From Phyllobates terribilis (taxonomy: Eukaryota), in NCBI RefSeq assembly GCF_046119375.1, contig NW_027362771.1, positions 333,963,686 to 333,996,000 of the forward strand: a DNA stretch of 32,315 bases. The letters run 5' to 3'. The position numbers and the translations under genes were made by a program. Below the pieces are notes generated by a model that saw only the letters and a program-made list of their open reading frames with translations, ran no database searches and was not told where the DNA came from. Shown here one piece after another: positions 1 to 12,200 of the stretch (the stretch's first letter is position 1; the number at the start of each line of letters is the position of its first letter).

Positions 1-210
1 CCCTGTTGAACACTACACCTGACTTGAGGCCACCACCTCTTGGTTGTCCAATGTTCTTGCTTCTCTAGGGCTCTTCTCAGATATTCATTATACCAGCTCC
101 CCAGAATACCAAAGCTAGGGTGGATAACCGCGAGCCCTGGTGGTGGTCATAACTGCGGCCACCCAGGGGCAATACTCCATAACAACAATCCCCTGAGGTG
201 GTGTAGGATG

Positions 211-484
211 TAAGGGCCTATTCACACTACATTCAGCGCTGCATTCAAGTCTTTACACAAGGCTTACAACTGAATCCCTGAAATTCAGGATTGTGCGGTC
301 TGAAATGAGACATCTGAAAGCAGAGCAAATGGAACCTAAAGATTCAGACTTTAGCCTCGGTTTGCCTTTGTTCAAATCAATGGCTATGTCAAGGCACATC
401 TGAATGCCATTTTTCAGGGATTTAGATAGAAGCCTGGAAAGAGGAGATGAGTGCATTGCAAAATTCAGTGTGAATAGGCCCTTA
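211..484. mobile_element. MITE (non-autonomous DNA transposon, PIF/Harbinger-like termini)
   Basis: Perfect 18-bp terminal inverted repeat including flanks: taagggcctattcacact (211-228) and agtgtgaataggccctta (467-484); no coding capacity. Superfamily is inferred. Confidence 0.8.
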
Positions 485-544
485 TATCTGGAGTCTTGAT
501 ATCGATGCCACATGCATTTTCCTTGTTTTTAACTTAAAAAAAAA

Positions 545-1050
545 TACACACACACACAAATTATACACACACACTATACACACACACACTATACANNNNN
601 NNNNNNNNNNNNNNNNNNNNNNNNNNNNNNNNNNNNNNNNNNNNNNNNNNNNNNNNNNNNNNNNNNNNNNNNNNNNNNNNNNNNNNNNNNNNNNNNNNNN
701 NNNNNNNNNNNNNNNNNNNNNNNNNNNNNNNNNNNNNNNNNNNNNNNNNNNNNNNNNNNNNNNNNNNNNNNNNNNNNNNNNNNNACACTATACATACGCA
801 CACACTATACATACGCACACACTATACACACACTACACACTATACACACACACACACACACACTATACATACACACACACACTATACATACACACACAGA
901 TGTGTGTGTGGGCAGGTGTGTGTGTGTGTGATGTCTGTCTGTTTGTGTGTGTGTGTGTGTGGGCAGATGTCATTGTGTGATGTCTGTTTGTATGTATTTT
1001 TGTGTTTCAAATGTGTTTATGCGTGTCTGTATATGTTTGTGTGTGTGCAT
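545..1050. repeat. (CA)n/(ACACTAT)n tract followed by (TG)n tract, interrupted by an assembly gap
   Basis: Direct reading: CA-rich 545-900, TG-rich 901-1050. Confidence 0.9.
596..784. other. Assembly gap (189 N)
   Basis: Run of N inside the microsatellite. Confidence 1.
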
Positions 1051-1057
1051 GACTGCA

Positions 1058-1540
1058 TGCGGCCTCCTGCTGAGTATAGTTGGCGCCGTGCGGCCTCCTG
1101 ATGTCTCTGGCGTGGGGCGCCGTGCGGCCTCCCGCTGTGTATAGATGGCTACATGCGACCCCCCGCTGTGTATAGATGGCTACGTGCGGCCCCCCGCTGT
1201 GTATAGACGGCGCCGTGTGGCCCCCCGCTGTGTATAGATGGCTACGTGCGCCCCCCGCTGTGTATAGATGGCTACGTGCGGCCCCCCCGCTGAGTATAGA
1301 TGTCGCTGTGCGGCCTCCTGCTGTGTATAGATGGCTACGTGCGGCCTCCCGCTGAGTATAGATGGCGCTGTGCGGCCTCCTGCTGTCTCTGGGGGGAGCG
1401 CCGTGCGGCATCTATACTCAGCAGGAGGCCGCACGTAGCCATCTATACATGTATACTCAGCAGGAGGCCCCACGTAGCCATCTATACGGTGCCATCTATA
1501 CACAGAGGGAGGCCGCACGGCGCCATCTGTACACAGCGGG
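1058..1540. repeat. 31-bp CpG-rich minisatellite that switches orientation near 1390-1410
   Basis: gctgtgtatag recurs at 1165, 1196, 1227, 1257 (period 30-31). gcggcctcctgctgagtatag (1059-1079) has its exact reverse complement at 1412-1432. Confidence 0.9.
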
Positions 1541-1639
1541 AGTCTCAGTGCTTTGCAAGAGCAGTCAATAAATTCTGCTTGACTAATTCTGAGCACCATA
1601 AAGTCTGGTTCGCTTCTAACCTGCTGTCTTCATTTTCAG

Positions 1640-1711
1640 CTTGCTGAATTCTAACTCATTTACTGTCATTCGAGACGATGCCTTTGCTGGTCTCTTTCAC
1701 CTTGAATACCT
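1640..1711 (+). CDS. lgi2: Internal 72-nt coding exon of leucine-rich glioma-inactivated 2 (one LRR; probably exon 3)
   Basis: Acceptor ctgctgtcttcattttcag|, donor |gtaagt. The 72-nt symmetric exon translates to (x)LLNSNSFTVIRDDAFAGLFHLEY(L), matching my recollection of vertebrate LGI2 (LLNSNSFTIIRDDAFAGLFHLEYL) better than LGI1 or LGI3. 72-nt LRR exons are typical of LGI genes. Too short for the ORF track. Confidence 0.88.
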
Positions 1712-1904
1712 GTAAGTGCTCCACTTAATGTCATATTTTTGATTCTGTTCTTCTTCATCTTTTGGCATGTGCAATTGTATGAGCAAGTATTCATATGAAT
1801 TTATGACCTTCTTAAACCTTCGAGGACCTTAAATTTTATTCAATCAAATTTTTTTCCAGTTTAAAACTATGGGACATATATGTGCCTTGGTCCTAAAAGG
1901 GTTT

Positions 1905-2914
1905 TTAAAGGGGCTGCAAGCATAAATACGAAAAAAATAATTCAATTAGTGCTTTTTGTGTTCATTTAATTTTTATTTGAAGTCCATTTTTTTTATATAC
2001 CTTAAAATTAAGCCCTACCCCATGGAATGAAGCCCTACCTACATGACATCTGAGAGCTACATGGATCCCGCTTGTGAGGTGCCTGTCCGTCACTACTATT
2101 CAGTTTTAGGGTCCACTCACTAAGCCATATATTCTCTCATGCAAGAGAATAGGGCCAATTATGCTAATGACACTCGGCTCAAACTCTGTCAGAGCTTCAA
2201 CTGAGTGTGATCCGATTCTCTTGCAGCACAGATATGGAGAAGATGGAGAACTTAATTTCTCCATCTTCTCCATAGTCTCTGTGAGTGTTCATCGGACTGC
2301 ACTTGGATGACATCCGAGTGCAGTCCAATGGTTTACGTGCACCCATAGACTTGTATGGGTGCACATGGTCCGAATATCGAATGAGATTATTTTCTCATGC
2401 CAATAATCGCAGATCTGCACTGTCCCATAGTATAACATAGGGCCGAGTCCTATCCGATAAAACATCACATAGCATTCGGCCGTGTTATACGACAGTGTGA
2501 GCGAGCCCTTAGAGTCAAGGAATATTTACATGCAGATGATGATATTACTCTCCAAGTGTATATTTTTTTAGGCGAGTTCATAGTAAATGCTTTGCCTTTT
2601 TGACATGTGATCAACTAAAGAACAAGAAAGATTTAGGACCTCCCCTATAGAGAAACGGAAAATAGTTTGGAGGACTTGCATGTCCTTTTTTATTTATTAT
2701 GAGAAAATCATAAAAGATCCCGTTTTTTAACCATGCTGTGACTTTCTGCTGAGGGAGAGGGAGAGAGCTGCCCTATTCAGAGTCTGTAATAAGACCTGCT
2801 GACAAAAGTGTTGAAGATACAGTCTAATGTGAATTAACAATGAAAAAAAGTTAATTTCACAAATAGCTTGTATTTTTTTTAATACAAACTTTTTTGTGTT
2901 TACAGCTCCTTTAA
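1905..2914. mobile_element. Possible decayed T2/Kolobok-type MITE hosting the 2107-2511 MITE
   Basis: Left end ttaaaggggctgcaag (1905) versus reverse complement of the right end, ttaaaggagctgtaaa (ending 2914): 13/16, with TTAA at both ends. Interior similarity is weak. Confidence 0.35.
2107..2511. mobile_element. Degenerate MITE (PIF/Harbinger-like)
   Basis: Imperfect TIRs tagggtccactcac / gtgtgagcgagccctta; internal perfect 18-bp hairpin 2233-2250/2257-2274; central ccatagacttgtatggg quasi-palindrome. Confidence 0.6.
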
Positions 2915-3313
2915 AGGGAATCTGTCATCAGGTTTTTGCCACCTAATCTGAGAGCAGCATAATGTAGGGTTAGAGGCACTGATTCCAGTAATGTGTCACT
3001 TACTGGGCTGCTTAGTGTTGTTTTGATAAAATCATTGATTTGTCAGAAGGTAATTATCACTAGATGATTAGTAAGTTCTGTAGGACCCCACCCCCATCAC
3101 TGATCAGTAGATTTGTGTACACTGAACATGGGCAGAAAGCTGCCAATCAGTGGTGTGGGTGGGGCTATACAGAGCGCAGCATTCAGAGAGCTGCTAGATC
3201 TGCAGCAGATAAAACGGTGATTTTCTCAAAATGACAACAAGCAGCTGAAAAAGTGTCACATCGCTGGAATCAGGGTATCTGGCCCTATATTGTGCTGCTC
3301 TCAGATGAGGCAG
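2911..3313. mobile_element. T2/Kolobok-type MITE, right terminus missing
   Basis: TTAA-AGGGAATCTGTCA start. The subterminal arm 2940-3005 is mirrored in inverted orientation at 3250-3313 (ctgagagcagc / gctgctctcag) but stops before the expected tgacagattcccttaa. Confidence 0.65.
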
Positions 3314-4804
3314 CACAATTAATATTGTGCCAAATTAATTTCCCGTGAACTATCACATGATCTATCACAGGGGATCATGTGACATGTCACGTGATAAATC
3401 AGGTGTGTGTGTGTGTGTGTGTGTGTGGGGGGGGGCGCCTTCTAAACTGCCCGGGGCCTTTGCTACTCTTAATCCACCCCTGATCTCGACAGTGAGAACA
3501 GAATCTTTTCAAAGTTATTGTGACTTACTAATTAATATCTTAAATAACTGTGTAAATCGTTCAGTATATGGTTCAGTAGAAAGTGTATGTATGAGTAGCT
3601 AGTACTTAATCTGTCTAAATGATTCTGTTTGCATGGCGGTCTATTCAATGACAAACCGGAGTGCCGAGAGCCCACCAGTTAGGCCTCATTCGCACATCTG
3701 TTTTTTACGGACGTGTTCTTTGTTTTTCACGGATAGACTGCATACCCATTATAGTTTATGGTGCTATTCACATGCCTGTGGTTTTTTTACGGATTGTGTC
3801 CAGGAAAAAATCATTTCCATTTTTGTTCCGAGTTACAGGTCAAACTACCCATAAAAGTCTATGGGTCGGTTGATAATGTGTGCTGTCAGTGACATTTCGC
3901 AATGTGCAAACTCAGTGCTGCCCATTTTTTAACAATGTAATGGTTAGGAAAAGCTTTGCAATATTATTTTTTGACAATAAACAAGAAACAGTGACAAGAA
4001 AATCACTGTTAGAACACTGATGATAAAAACTGAAACAATGACCAAACACTGATGGAAATCTGATCAAAAATTCTGCTGAAAATCAGACCTTTTTTGTGTA
4101 CCAGAAAAATGAATGAAGCGTACAACTGATTCTGGGGGCTCACTCTACAGCTACATGAAAATATCACTGGATCCTCTTCCAGAAGTTCAAGGCAGACACA
4201 TTCCTGAGACAGAGTAACAGCAAAAATAATACAGGAGTGGGAAGAGAGTAGATAATCACTTTTTCAGAGTACAGGGCATCACCTCAGAGATAAACACCAG
4301 GACGGGACTGCTGAGGTTCTGGATTCCAATCTGACCGGGGGCAATATCTGCATGGATTTGTATGTTCTTACCATGTGTAGAGAAAAACAAGAGAGAAGAA
4401 GGAATAAGATAAGGGAGGGAATTGCCATCAAGCCTCAATATGCTTGTATGACTGAAAGCTGCCATCTCCAGAGAGAAATAAAGTTAAAGGGGTGATCTGA
4501 AACTAATTTTATTTTAATCCTAAATATCTGTTTAATGTCATAATCTAATCTCTTTTGTAATATACTTTTATTAAAAAGTCCTTATCCTTCACTCTGCTTT
4601 ATTTTTTTTCTACTGCTTCCTCTTTGATGATGCTTCATTTTTGAGAATCCCAGAGCATGTTGGGGTACTCAAACAAGTCAATAGGGGGCTGAGGCCGCGG
4701 TCACTGCTACAGCCTCTGCAGCCTCCCTAAAACAAAGCATCATCAATGACCTTTGTTTCAGGGGCTAGGTGTGACGCTAGTCACTACTCTTGGATAAGAG
4801 GTGG

Positions 4805-5666
4805 GGTTGGATAGTCAAGGGGCCCGAGGTCAAAAGCCGAGAGAGTACGTCATAGAGGGGTAAGACAAAAGCATAGTCAGAAACAGTTTGAGATCAATAT
4901 TCCAAGAAGGTAGAAGATCACAATAAAAAGGCTAGGCAAACGGATGAAGGAGGAATAGAGGGGAGTGAATTCCAGCACAGACCATTCGGATAGTAAAAGT
5001 ATGAACTTTATTAGGATAGCATATAAAAACAGTTAAAAGGAAGTCTGATATGTTTCTGGCACCGATTGTGCCCTTAGAGTATGTGCACACGATCCTTTCT
5101 GGCAGCGCTTTGAATGCAGCATACTTTATGCTACGTCAAAAGCGCTGCACGCATGTGAATCCACATGTGTTCATTCATTGAACACATGCGGATTCACCGC
5201 AGCCTATACATTACACTAATATAATTTCTCTTGTGGAGACTAGCGTGCGCTGCGTCCAATTCGCAGCGTTTACTGACCGTGTGCATGCACCCTGAGTTGT
5301 AGGAACAAATGGATGGTCAAGATAAATCCTAGGTCGAACAGAAAAGATCAGAATATCAGACAAGGAGCACTGATCAAGCACACACATGAGCAAAGCTACA
5401 ATTGGCAGCAATCAAAGGCGGAAAGCTGGTTAAATAGCCAGGTAATTACTCTGGACAAGAGACATGTGGATGAAGCTCTGACACACCCTGGTCCTGATTG
5501 GATGGCTAAATTGTCACTCCAGACACTGACAGCTGAGCACGTCACAGGATCTGAATGGACGGCTGAGCTGTCCATCACCATACTGACAGCTCAGCACGCC
5601 CCATTCCTAGATTGGACAGCAGAATTGTCCTTCATTGCGTCCAGACACTCAGGAGGAATCATGACA
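4805..5666. mobile_element. Old LTR-like fragment, interrupted by small insertions
   Basis: Ends ...atcatgaca (5666); composition resembles the other LTRs here; internal ~56-bp direct repeat (ctgacagct[g/c]agcacg at ~5527 and ~5583). No clean TSD; left boundary uncertain. Confidence 0.35.
5074..5295. mobile_element. MITE (PIF/Harbinger-like)
   Basis: Imperfect TIRs ttagagtatgtgcacacg / cgtgtgcatgcaccctga (13/18) with TNA flanks. Confidence 0.6.
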
Positions 5667-6789
5667 GTGGGCTAGACCCTGCTTTACTGAACAAACATCG
5701 GTTGTCAATTCTGACTGATGCTCAGTAGGATCTTCTGACTGCACAGTGACAATGCACTCTCTCGCCAGTTCTGATCAGAAGTGAAAAGCCAGCAACAGAG
5801 TGCACTGTCATTGAACATTTTAAGTAAAGAACAAGAGAGCAGAATCAGCATTGCGCCCGCAAGTGGCATCACCTAAATTTACCTAAAAATTGCTGCATTT
5901 GTGAGATGGATATTTACACCATTACAACTACTGTACTAGTTTTGTTTCTGATCATACTATTTATATAGTATAATAGGTAAAAAGTAGGAAGAGAACCACC
6001 TACATGTTACAATTAAGTGCAGTATGTTCAATCAACCTTCATTGATAATAATTACCATTACTTTTACACCTCATTCATTTACGTTATTGTTATCAATCAT
6101 TCAAATTGTGATGATAATTGCTTCATGTAAACTGACTTTTATATTAATCAATAAAACAATAACCAAATTCGGTTACACTCTCTTCTCTGCACTGTTTGTT
6201 CAGACTGAACCTCATACAATATTTAATTAAGATCTACAATAAAAGACTCTCCTAAATTAGTTTACTCAGAAGAGCTAGGAAACGGCACGCAGCCCTGCAG
6301 GGTTGGGCAGTCATCTTAAGTCATTCTCTGGAACATGATTCATGATTAAAGGTACAGTACCAGATTTTATTTCATATTGCTCTAGTCATGCTATGTAGTG
6401 TTATAAACAATTTTACAATTTTACTTACAGTTAGGTCCATATACAGTATATTTGGACAGAGATAACATTTTTCTAATTTTGGTTCTAGACATTACCACAA
6501 TGAATTTTAAACAAAACAATTCAGATGCAGTTGAAGTTCAGACTTTCAGCTTTCATTTGGGGGTATCCACATTAAAATTGGATGAAGGGTTTAGGAGTTT
6601 CAGCTCCTTAACATGTGCCACCCTGTTTTTAAAGGGACCAAAAGTAATTGCACAATTGACTCCAAGGCTATTTCATGGACAGGTGTGGGCAATCCCTTCA
6701 TTATGTCATTCTCAATTAAGCAGATAAAAGGCCTGGAGTTGATTTGAGGTGTGGTGCATGCATTTGGAAGGTTTTGCTGTGAAGTAAAC

Positions 6790-7457
6790 ATGCGGTCAAA
6801 GGAGCTCTCCATGCAGGTGAAACAAGCCATCCTAAGCTGCAAAAACAGAAAAAACCCATCCGAGAAATTGCTACAATATTAGGAGTGGCAAAATCTACAG
6901 TTTGGTACATCCTGAGAAAGGAAGAAAGCACTGGTGAACTCATCAATGCAAAAAGACCTGGGCGCCCACGGAAGACAACAGTGGTGGATGATCGCAAAAT
7001 AATCTCCATGGTGAAGAGAAACCCCTTCACAACAGCCAACCAAGTGAACAACACTCTCCAGGAGGTAGGCGTATCAATATCCAAATCTACCATAAAGAGA
7101 AGACTGCATGAAAGTAAATACAGAGGGTTCACTGCACGGTGCAAGCCACTCATAAGTATCAAGAATAAAAAGGCTAGACTGGACTTTGCTAAAAAACATC
7201 TAAAAAAGCCAGCACAGTTCTGGAAGAACATTCTTTGGACAGATGAAACCAAGATCAACCTCTACCAGAATGATGGAAAGAGAAAAGTATGGCGAAGGCG
7301 TGGTACAGCTCATGATCCAAATCATACCACATCATCTGTAAAACACGGCGGAGGCAGTGTGGTGGCTTGGGCATGCATGGATGCCAGTGGCACTGGGTCA
7401 CTAGTGTTTATTGATGATGTGACACAGGACAAAAGCAGCCGAATGAATTCTGATGTA
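6790..7457 (+). pseudogene. Tc1-A transposase, N-terminal part (paired-like HTH plus first catalytic D)
   Basis: ATG 6790 MRSKELSMQVKQAI, then an inferred 1-nt frameshift into the 6885 frame (KSTVWYILRK...GRPRK...WTDETK...VKHGGGSV); broken at TA 7456-7457. Confidence 0.9.
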
Positions 7458-7833
7458 CAGTCATGGCCAAAAGTATTGAGAATGAGACAAATAGTAATTT
7501 TTCCAAAGTTTACTGCTTCATTTTTTGTAATGGCAATTTGCATATACTCCTGAATGTCAAAGAGTGATCAGCTTAACAGCAATTACTGTACTTGCAAAGT
7601 AAATATTTGCCCAGAAAATGAACTTTAACCCCCAAAACACATTTCAACATCATTGCAGTCCTGCCTTAAAAGGAGCAGCTAACATCGTTTTAGTGATTGA
7701 TCCATTAACACAGGTGTGGGTGTTGATGAGGACAGGGCTGGCGATCAATCAGTCATGATTAAGTAAGAATGACATGACTGGACACTTTAAAAGGAGGCTG
7801 GTTCTTGGTATCATTGTTTCTCTTCTGTTAACC

Positions 7834-8614
7834 ATGGTTATCTCTAAAGAAACACGTGCAGCCATCATTGCACTGCACAAAAATGGCCTAACAGGGAAGA
7901 GTATCGCAGCTACAAAGATTGCACCTCAGTCAACAATCTATCGCATCATCAAGAACTTCAAGAAGAGAGCTTCCATTGTTGTCAAAAAGGCTCCAGGGCA
8001 CCCAAGAAAGACCAGCAAGCGCCAGGACCGTATCTTAAAACTGTTTCAGCTGCGGGATCGGACTACCAGCAGTGCCGAGCTTGCTCAGGAATGGCAGCAG
8101 GCTGGTGTGAGTGCTTCTGCACGCTCTGTGAGGCGGAGACTCTTTGAGCAAGGGCTGGTTTCAAGGAGGGCAGCAAAGAAGCCACTTCTCTCCAGAAAAA
8201 ACATCAGGGACCGACTGATATTCTGCAAAAGGTACAGGGAGTGGACTGCTGAGGACTGGGGCAAAGTCATTTTCTCTGATGAATCCCCTTTTCGATTGTT
8301 TGGGACATCTGGAAAACAGCTTATTCGGAGAAGAAGAGGTGAGCGCTACCACCAGTCTTGTCTCATGCCAACTGTAAAGCATCCTGAAACCATTCATGTG
8401 TGGGGTTGCTTCCCAGCCAAGGGAATCGGTTCACTCACAGTCTTGCCTAAAAACACAGCCATGAATTAAGAATGGTACCAGAATGTCCTCCAAGAGCAAC
8501 TTCTCCCAACCATCCAAGAGCAGTTTGGCGCCCAACAATGCTTTTTCCAGCATGATGGAGCATCTTGCCATAAAGCAAAGGTGATAAATAAATGGCTCAT
8601 GGAACAAAACATAG
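7834..8614 (+). pseudogene. Element B transposase, 5' part
   Basis: MVISKETRAAIIALH...IFSDES...TVKHP; premature TAA at 8467-8469, then in frame EWYQNVL...FQHDGASCHKAK...EQNI up to the LTR insertion. Confidence 0.9.
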
Positions 8615-9243
8615 TGTCACACTGTCACAGAATACTGGAGGTAGGGGGCCTAAGCTGACCCTAAGCTGGGGCCCTGACTAATCCCTCAACCTGGAGGTAC
8701 TGTTAAAGGTACAGAGGTCCAGGCCGCCAGCGTAACCCCTACCTCCTGAGGATCCCTGCACCTCAGTAATCTAGTCCTGAGAAGGACCCCGATCACAACA
8801 ATTGGGAACCAGAAATAATATGCCCACACACAGTATTTAGACGAACGAGACAGTACAAGGGAAAAACCAAAACCACCTTGCATACAACTTCTACACAACT
8901 ACAACAGAGGGAACACCAACGGGAAAGGAGATAAATGATAAAGCGAGGAAAGGGAAAAAACACTTCCAAATACACTTATCTCAGCAACTCCAAACACCAC
9001 GATCCGCTCTGTAAGTCTGAATGAAAAGCTTTCACCGACACCTCCCAAACAGACCTGCAGGAATATGAAGGAGTCTCACTAAAGAAGCATTGATTGCAGC
9101 TGGGCGAGGCTGGACCTCAGCTAGCCCAGAGAGAGAGAGAATTAACTCCTTCACTGCCGAAAAAACACAAAGCACCAACAAGTCAGCTGCGAGAAGTCAG
9201 GCTGTGTACTCGTGACGATCTTCGTGGCAACACACCCGTGACA
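8615..9243 (-). repeat. 3' LTR of the chromovirus
   Basis: Direct repeat of 13430-14058 (offset 4815); no difference found by eye. Confidence 0.95.
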
Positions 9244-12200
9244 GTACCCCCCCTTCTACGAGGGGCCTCCGGACCCTCAGGGCCAGGTTTATTCGGGTGA
9301 GTCGTGTGGAAGGCCCGAACTAATCGGTCTGCGTTAATATCCGACGCAGGAACCCACATCCTCTCCTCAGGACCATACCCCTTCCAATGAACCAAGTACT
9401 GAAGGGACCGGCGATTAAAGCGTGAATCAATGACCCTCGATACCTGGAACTCCAAGTTACCATTGACAACCACAGGAGGGGGAGGTAAAGGTGACGGTAC
9501 CACCGGCGCCACATACCTCTTAAGCAATGATCTGTGAAACACGTTGTGAATTTTAAACGTAGGGGGGAGGTCAAGACGGAATGCCACCGGATTAATAACA
9601 GAACTGATTCTGTACGGCCCGATGAACCTGGGACCCAGTTTCCAGGAGGGAACCTTAAGTTTAATATTCCTGGTAGACAACCATACCTGATCGTTCACAC
9701 TTAGGTCCGGACCAGACACTCTCCTCCTATCAGCCATACGTTTGTATCGGTTCCCCATAGTATTCAGATTCTTCAGCACCCCTCTCCATACTGAAGCGAG
9801 AGATGAGGAAAATCGTTCCTCCTCCGGAACCCCCGAAGAGCCCCCCCTACTGAAAGTACAAAACTGGGGGTGAAAACCATATGCCCCAAAAAACGGGGAC
9901 TTACCAGTGGACTCGCTCCGCCTATTATTGAGAGCAAACTCTGCCAGAGGTAGGAAAGAAGCCCAGTCCTCCTGGTTCTCTGACACAAAACACCGAAGAT
10001 ATGTCTCCAAGCTCTGGTTCATACGTTCCGTCTGACCATTAGTCTGAGGATGAAAAGCCGACGAGAATGACAAATGCATCCCCCGCCGTGCACAAAACGC
10101 CTTCCAGAACTTGGACACAAACTGAGACCCCCGATCAGACACCACCTCGGAGGGTACCCCGTGAAGCCTCACAATCTCCCCAATGAACACCTGCGCAAGA
10201 GTTTTAGCATTAGGGAGAGCCGGAAGAGCGATAAAATGTGCCATCTTGCTGAACCTGTCCACTACAACGAGTATGACCGTTTTACCCGAAGACGGAGGGA
10301 GGTCCGTAATAAAGTCCATAGACAGATGAGTCCAAGGACGCTCCGGGATCTTCAAAGGTAAAAGGGCCCCAGACGGACGGGTATGTGAGGTCTTAGAGCG
10401 CGCACAAACCCCACAGGACGCGACAAAAGTTACCACCTCTTTATGTAAGTTAGGCCACCAAAACCGACGCGAGAGGAGATCCACAGTTGCTTTACTCCCC
10501 GGGTGTCCTGCAAAAACTGAGTTATGGTGTGCCTCGATCACCTTTTGTCGCAACTGATCTGGAACGAACAGTCTCCCCGGAGGTCCAACAGGGGCGTCCC
10601 CCTGAGCCTCCACTATCTCCTCCTCCAGCTCAGAGCATACTGCCGAAACCACCACCCCCTCCTGAAGAATAGGAATCGGGTCGTCCGTATTCCCGGCCCC
10701 AGGGAAACTACGAGATAAGGCATCCGCCTTTACATTTTTAGACCCAGGACGATATGTAACGACGAAATTAAACCTGGTAAAAAACAATGACCACCTAGCT
10801 TGTCTGGGATTCAGACGTTTAGCGGACTCCAGATATAGCAGGTTCTTGTGATCGGTGATGACGGTGACCGGATGAACTGCCCCCTCCAAAAAATGGCGCC
10901 ACTCCTCAAAAGCTAACTTAATGGCCAAGAGTTCCCTATTGCCGACATCGTAATTCCTCTCAGCGGACGACAATTTTTTAGAGAAAAAGGCGCACGGATG
11001 CCACTTACCAGGGGACGAACCCTGTGACAATACTGCTCCCACCCCTACCTCGGAAGCGTCTACCTCTACAAAGAATGGCTGAGACGCATCAGGTTGAATG
11101 AGTATGGGTGCCGAGGCAAAACATTTTTTCAAGGAGGAAAATGCTTGACAAGCCTTGTCAGACCACCTAGAAAAATCCGTCCCCTTTTTAGTCATGTCTG
11201 TGAGAGGCTTAACCATGGAGGAGAAATTACGAATGAACTTCCGGTAATAGTTAGCAAACCCCAGGAAACGTTGTAGTGCCTTAAGATTCTCCGGCCGATC
11301 CCACTCAAGAACTGCCCGCACTTTCCCAGGGTCCATACGAAAACCGGACGCTGAAACCAGGAAGCCTAAAAACTGGAGTTCCTGTACGGCGAACACACAC
11401 TTTTCCCACTTGGCATACAGTTTATTATCCCGCAAGATCTGTAACACCTGTCTAACGTGCTCCTGATGAGACACCAGATCCGGCGAGTAAATTAAGATAT
11501 CATCCAGATATATGACAACAAACTGTCCCACCAGGTGGCGAAAAATATCATTAACAAAGTGTTGAAACACCGCCGGGGCATTAGTCAGACCGAATGGCAT
11601 GACAAGGTTCTCATAATGCCCCTCCGGAGTGTTAAAAGCCGTCTTCCACTCATCCCCCTCCTTCATCCTAATCAGATTGTACGCCCCCCTGAGATCCAAC
11701 TTAGAGAACCATTTGGCGCCCACGATCTGATTAAAGAGATCGGGAATAAGTGGGAGCGGATACGGATCTCGGACCGTAATCCGATTAAGTTCACGGAAAT
11801 CCAGGCAAGGGCGTAGGCCTCCATCTTTCTTCTTAACAAAGAAGAACCCCGCGGCCACCGGTGAAGATGAAGGTCTAATATGCCCCTTAGCCAGACTTTC
11901 AGAAATATAATCCTTCATGGCCTGCCTCTCAGGACCAGAAAGGTTATACAACCTAGCTTTAGGTAACTTGGCCTCAGGGAGCAGTTTTACAGAACAGTCA
12001 TACTCGCGATGAGGAGGTAGTTCCTGACACCCATTCTCCGAGAATACATCCTCAAAGTCCGCCAGAAATGGAGGTAAGACCCAAGGAGTAACCGCACCGA
12101 TGACCGTGTTCATGCAGTTTTTATTACAGAATTTACTCCATTGGCTTATCTCTCTGGTTTGCCAATTAATAACCGGGTTATGCTTAGCTAACCAAGGAAG

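Noticed and set aside
561-1647. ORFs of 65-139 aa in the track over the microsatellite and minisatellite
   Set aside because: These are translations of simple repeats or N runs, not genes.
4268-4359. Possible exon (ttttcag|...|gtatgt, one open frame)
   Set aside because: 92 nt with no LRR pattern and no resemblance to the next LGI2 exon; no other support.
5041-5080. Hammerhead-ribozyme-like remnant on the minus strand (ggcac-aatcg-gtgcc stem, GAAAC-AU-AUC), reminiscent of Penelope-associated minimal hammerheads
   Set aside because: The CUGANGA core is absent (a MITE sits at that position) and stem II is not properly closed; at best a dead relic.
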